Shown one piece after another: positions 58,615 to 64,000 of a stretch of 64,000 bases of DNA. How positions within the stretch are numbered: position 1 is the stretch's first letter; every line of letters starts with the position of its first letter. A program made the position numbers and the translations under genes. Below the pieces are notes generated by a model, which had not been told where the DNA came from, ran no database searches, and saw only the letters and a list, made by a program, of their open reading frames with translations. The stretch is from Euglena gracilis (lineage: Eukaryota), in the NCBI GenBank assembly GCA_039621445.1, contig CP154954.1, forward strand, positions 48,401,847-48,465,846, written 5' to 3'.

Positions 58615-61600
58615 CAGGAGGTAGTTAAAAGGCGCCGAGTACTTAATACGTAGGGATTAAAGGCGCGAGGATTAAATTCGGTTTGGGTACCAAACCTCGG
58701 CGGATTAAATTCGGTCCGGGCCGAGGTAGCCTGATAAGTGTTCAGGAGCCGACGTTTTTTTTTTCAATCCTTTTCAGCGGACCGAACGGCAGTATTTGTT
58801 CCTGGCCAGGAGGCGTTTTTGCACCCCCAATCCAACGGGACGGACGTTGCCCAGATTTGACGGACGTTGCCCAAACCCGACCACACAAATTCCTTTCAAA
58901 ACACCCCTTCACCACTTGACCCCCACTGAATGGAATGTTTTATGGAAAAAAAAACATCTTTTTTGCAACAAGCCGTTTTTCACAACGGCTCACTTTACTT
59001 TCTAGCACCAAAAACAATTCCACGATTCCACGACAGTCTGGCAAACGTAAAAACAGCAGCAATGTAACGTGCAAGGTGTGCAAACGTGAGAACACGTGGA
59101 GAGCACAGGCCTTCTTCATACAAAAGGGGGGGGAGGGGGGTCGTGACGCGGGGGGGGGGGGGGGGGGGGGGCGCCCCCCCCCCGAATCGGGCCCAGTAAA
59201 GGCAGTTTCCAAAAATTTTCGGCGCTTCGGGCCGAAAAGGTTTTCCCAGCGCCTCAGGCGCGGGACCCCCCCCAGGTCCTGCACCCCCCCGGGGGGGGGG
59301 GGTCTGCTGGGTCAACCCGCTTAAAAAAAATTTTTGAGTCACAAAAAAAACCCAAAAAAAATTTTTTGTTGTAAGACACACCGTTGTGAAATCCACAGGT
59401 GGGGGGGGGAGAGGAAAGCCTGAACACAGTAGCTGCCGGCTGTGTCGTGAACAAACAAACAATAATGCATCACTTCCCAAACTTCTTTGCCCGATCAACA
59501 CCAGCCCGTGGGGGCAGAAGCAAGGTTGCCCGGGCCATCGGGGGGGGGGGAGGAAAGTTTGTCCAGGGGGGGGGGGAATTGTGCACAAGGAGGGGGGGGA
59601 AGGACATTTAGTCCAAAAGGGGGGGACGAAATGTTGTCCACAGGGGGGGGGGGGCATTTTTTGCTGTTTGAAAGAAACACTTTCGTGTGTTTTTTTAAAA
59701 AAACAGGTTTTTAAAACAGAATTTTTTTAAAAAACACGGGGGGGGGCAAGAAAATATTGTCCACAGGGGGGGGAGGAAATGTTGTCCACAGGGGGGGGGG
59801 GGCAAACTTGAACTACAGTCGGCCACCACGTGCCAGCGATTTGGCAATGGCCTCATCCATCTCCAGTTGTCGGGCTGCCTCCACTTCTCTTGCAGCAGCC
59901 TCTTCTTCGGCAACCCCTTCTCCTTCCTCCACAACCAAATCGTCTGGGATCACTTCAGCACATGCCTGCACACCTGCCACCTGAACTTCGACGTCACTGT
60001 CGGATTCTTGTTCGTCTTCTTGTTCCACGGCTTGTTCTTGATTATTCCCATGTTCTTGTTCATGAATATTCCCAGGTTCTTGTTCTTGAATTACCCTTGA
60101 GGTACCCTCTCTCTGGGGTCCTCTTGATTTGAACTGGAAGCGGCGTCCCTGTGACAAAACAGAAAGGAAGGGGTGGCAGCGGCGAAAACAAAACTTAGGA
60201 GAGGATATAAAAAAAAGAAGGCATTTCATGAGGAAGCCCAACACACCCAGGTGGACAGTCGTTGACAGTGCGCCCCAATATAATTTCCCAGGACTTGCAA
60301 ATGAGAATTTTCAGAGTCGACTGGGAACACCATTCGGTGACCCACTGCATCAACAGGGGTTTCATCACTCCTTCACCCATGGGTAGCGGTTCCCCCTCAG
60401 CACCACCCTGTTTTGCCGCCAGGAAATGTTGGGCAATCCGCATCTTAGATCGTCTCCTGCAAATCCTTCTGAGCGACAAATTTATCAGCTGATCACCTGG
60501 GTTTTGCATGTGACTTCTGTTTTTCAAAGTTGTGAACAGCCACAGCCCTGGGAATTCTGTGGCAAGGAGGTGGCTGCAGGGTTTCGCTGGTGGTGGCGCT
60601 GCTTTGAATTCATTCATGCAGTGGGCTGGTGCGTTGTCCATGATGAGTAGTGCAGGATAATCTGGAGGCAATTCGTGCTCCCTGCGCCGCTGTGCCAGTT
60701 CTGTGGATATCTGCCCCAGAAGACGCTTGAAACTTAACCCCGTTTGCACCTTCTTCACAGCGTGGTCACTGTAAATCCGTCGGTCCCAGTGTGGTTGGGG
60801 TCTTGGGTGGCACTGTTTTGTTCTGCCCTTCCAGATAACTTGGAATGTGAGCAGTGTTCCGTCCAAGGAAACCACTGGTGTGCCAGTCACACTTCTCTTT
60901 TCGCGTGCAGCAACAATGGTGACTTGTTTTTGTTGCCCTTGTTCTTGATACGTGCCTTTCACCACAGGACAATACTGCAATGGTGTTTCGTCAGCAACCA
61001 CCATGGCTGGTGGTAGCTGTGCTGGAGCATCTTCTGCCAAATGTAGCCCGTAAGTTTTGGGCCTGTGTATAACATCCTGCAACGTTGCTCTCCAGGTGTT
61101 GTCAGCTGCAAGTTCCTCAGCACTGCTGATTCCACGGTCTGATGTTGCTCTGCGAAGCCTAGTTTGATGGAATAGCAGGGCTGAGGAACCTGTTGCTGGC
61201 AAACCTGGAGAGCTTCCATCTGCGTCTGAAGCTCTGAGCCCAATATCGTGACAGTGGTGGCAATTTGTCCAGTGGGATGCCTCTGATTTGGCTGGTTGTT
61301 TTCAGGCCAATTTCTTGAAGCACTTCCGTGTCAACGACTGCCCCCTTGTTTCTGAGGTGCCGCACTGCGTCAAAAATCATTTTTTCCTCGTCGTGAGACA
61401 GGAGTGTTGGCCTCCCTCGACTTTGAACTACAACTCCTGTTTTCCTCTTAAGCACCCATCCATTGAACGTGCTTGGGGGAACAGGAAAGTCCTGATGGTG
61501 CTGACCTTTCCACCACAGCTGAGGGGGGGGGTGGGGGGACCCACAGTGGGATGAGAAAGTACCTGAAATGCTGCGTAGGTCATCCCCTTCTGGATGGCCA

Positions 61601-62019
61601 TGTCCGCAATCTCCGTCTTCTTCTCGTCGGACCAGGAGGCCCACTCCTTCTTCACTTTTTGTTTCTTGGAGTTCCTGAATGAGAAGGCAAGCAGGGGAGA
61701 AATTTGGGAGGAAGTCAACCTGTTTTCCAACACATCTTCCGCATGATCGACAACAGCTTTAAAATCATCTTCTCGTTTCCTCTCTGGAGAAAGAAGTGAA
61801 TGTCAGTGATAAACGGAAGGAATATGGTACCTTGCTCCAAACTGTCCTTTTGCACCAGAAATCTGCGCATCCTGCCAATTAGTAACCTCGATAGCGGTTA
61901 AACTCGCTGGATTAAATCCGGTCTGACCCCCGAACCTCGCTGGATTAAAACGGATTTAATCCAGAGCGAGTTAAATGTCAAACCGAATTAAGTGTCCTAC
62001 GATTTAAAGCTACCCCCTG
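58615..62019 (-). mobile_element. pogo/Tigger-like (Tc1/mariner superfamily) DNA transposon, 3405 bp
   Basis: TA-flanked termini CAGG(A/G)GGTAG(T/C)T; GGATTAAA subterminal repeats at both ends. The joined empty site GTACA-TA-ATGGGGGGG equals the motif of the neighbouring MITE family. Encodes a transposase. Confidence 0.85.
60195..61870 (-). CDS. pogo-like transposase (HTH + CENP-B-type HTH + DDE_1-type catalytic domain); exons 61831-61870, 61720-61783, 61563-61674, 61205-61518, 60195-61158
   Basis: Four GT-AG introns of 47, 45, 44 and 46 nt restore one 497-aa frame. Motifs GRPTLL, SRYWAQSFRRRW, ADETP, QVIWKG, IMDNAPAH and QNPGDQ; 47 residues lie between the 2nd and 3rd Asp. A further acidic exon (59813-~60149) is possible. 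Confidence 0.88.
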
Positions 62020-62247
62020 TAATGGGGGGGGAGGTACACAATGGGGGGGGGTACCCATGTCCCATTCCCAGACCCGACCGAACAGCCCAAAAGGGGTCAT
62101 TTTTGGCAACTTTTTGGATGTTTGCAATAAATGGTCAATTTTCAGCACATTTGCCAAATATCACTTTTTGAAAACTTCCCAAAAACGTCGATTTTTGAGC
62201 ATTTTTTTTGGGAAATTCTTTAGAAAAAGCGTTGTGATATTGAGCTA

Positions 62248-62521
62248 CCATCCCCCCCCCCATTATGTACCTCCCCCCCAGGGGGTACATAATGGGGGGG
62301 TACATAATGGGGGGGGATGGTATGTACCCCCCCATTATGTACCCCCTGGGGGGGGGAGGTATATAATGGGGGGGCATGCACCTGGCCCCAAGAGGAATGC
62401 ACCTCGCCCGGCCATCCGCAGGCACGTCCCCCCGTTGTTTTCCTCGCCCCCCCCCCATTGTGTACCTCCCCCCAATTTCGGCCTCCCGGGGGAGGTACAT
62501 AATGGGGGGGGGGGTGGATGG
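62248..62521. mobile_element. TA-TSD MITE (274 bp)
   Basis: TIR CCATCC..CCCCCATTATGTACCTCCCCC flanked by TA; internal GTACATAATGGGGGG repeats. Confidence 0.75.
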
Positions 62522-64000
62522 TAGTCACCTTTGGGCCCCAAGCAAAAACAATTTTTTCGAAGGGAAATATTTTTCTTTGAAAAAGGGCCGATTTGGGCCG
62601 TCAGAATTTTTTGCTGGTTGCTATCCATGAAAAGTGCCCTGGAATGCCCAAAAACAACCTTGAAACCCCCAAGACTTGGGGCAGGGGGCAAAAGTTGGGC
62701 ATAAATTGCCCCCCCCCCAAGTACCCCCCTGTTAGTCACCCTTGGCCAAATTCACCTCCCAAGGGGGTGACTAACTGGGGGGGGGGGCACGGTAAGTTAA
62801 ATGGTCATAAAAAACCTGATTTTTTCCGAAAAAAATTTTGACCTGATGGGAAAAAGGGTGTAGATCACAAATTTCACACAAAAATTCCCCCCCAAAATGG
62901 TGGGGGTGCTATTGAAATTTTGTTTTCCGACCCCCCCCCCAAGTGACCCCCCAAGTGGCCCTCTGGGGCAGGGGTGTAGAAGTAATATTTTCTCGGGGGG
63001 CGAGATCCTTGACAAATGCCTAATGTAACCATTGTTGTTTTTTTTTCGCCGCCCACAGGGCGGCAAGACGGCAGTGCTTTTTTGAAAGATGGCATTGAAT
63101 GTGACAAAAAATGTGGTAATTTCTGTCATGGCACAATCCACCACAATTTCGACTTTCAAGCCGCTCAACGGGCAGCAAGAGACGGTGATGCCTTTTGTGG
63201 GGGTGGTTTGGGGGGAACATCACATTTTTGGTGGCAACATGAGGAATCACCGAGCTGGAATTTTTGGGGGTAAATTCACAAAGTAGGAATCCCCACACCT
63301 GAAATTAGGATTTTGACACCAAATTATAATCACCAAGCCCAAATTTGAAAAATTTACGCCTCAAAATCAAGAATCTGCCTGAGAATTTTATCAAATTAGG
63401 AATCACCGGCCAGAATCTTTCCCCACAAATTTCGTCGAAAAGGGTCCTTGTTCGAGGCACGGGGGGGGGGGGGTCACGGGGGAACACCCCCTGTGTCTTG
63501 GGATTTCCCCAGATTTCAGCCTGAAAACGTATACCTATATGCAACCCTGCGGGGGGGGGGGGGTAAAAAAACCTCCCCAAATTGCCGTTTTGGGCCACAA
63601 AAGCGCGATGACATGGGCTGGCGTGTTGGCGGCCAAAACGGCGAATGGGGGACGACAGAGGGCCTCTATGCAGGGCGGGATTGAGGTTGAGGATTTCAAA
63701 AAAAGTTCAACCTCAATGTCAACGACCTCATCCTCAACCTCAACCTCAATGTTACCTCAAACTCAAAAAAAATGAATTCCCAAAAAGCATGGATTGGACC
63801 ATCTCCTCTTCTAAAACCTTCCTCAAAGGCAATTTTGACAGCTTTTATGACAATTTACAACATATGTGGGTGGAAACAAGAAAAAATAGTGGGGTGCCGA
63901 TTAAAAACTTGAAATAAGTGACCAATTGCTATACATACTTTTTGGGGGGGTGGACTGCACGCAATCTGAACAGTGGGGGTGCCCCAGCCCAAAGACTATT

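Noticed and set aside
1-64000. tRNA, rRNA or prokaryotic promoter/terminator features
   Set aside because: No recognisable conserved RNA-gene sequence; the hairpins seen are explained by TIR elements.

Overview
Eukaryotic nuclear DNA, very probably a euglenid (Euglena-like). Two lines of evidence point there: a near-exact Euglena spliced-leader sequence at 1326-1348 (-), and introns that follow the euglenid nonconventional geometry (CAG at +4..+6, CTG at -8..-6, base-paired ends, no GT-AG requirement). About 140-44523 (-) is one very large multi-exon gene for an Ala/Glu/Gln/Arg/Leu-rich coiled-coil protein; its 3' end probably lies outside the window. Its centre (10.47-29.65 kb) is a tandem array of a ~1.15 kb two-exon/two-intron unit encoding 139 aa (15 copies of exon A, 14 full copies of exon B). 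Introns and the upstream region (45-64 kb) are dense with nested non-autonomous TIR elements (8-bp, TA and TAA target duplications), a PHD-finger pseudo-ORF, and an apparently intact pogo-like transposon (58615-62019) whose transposase has four ~45-nt GT-AG introns. The key observation is a 1038-bp hAT-like MITE (CAG...CTG termini, 8-bp TSD) inserted inside a coding exon at 28556-29593. The +4/-8 splice rule removes the element plus 3+5=8 flanking nt, exactly one TSD, and restores the sequence seen in the 14 empty-site copies. This looks like a transposon caught becoming a nonconventional intron. All splicing is inferred from reading-frame restoration; no transcript data were available, and several exon boundaries are approximate.
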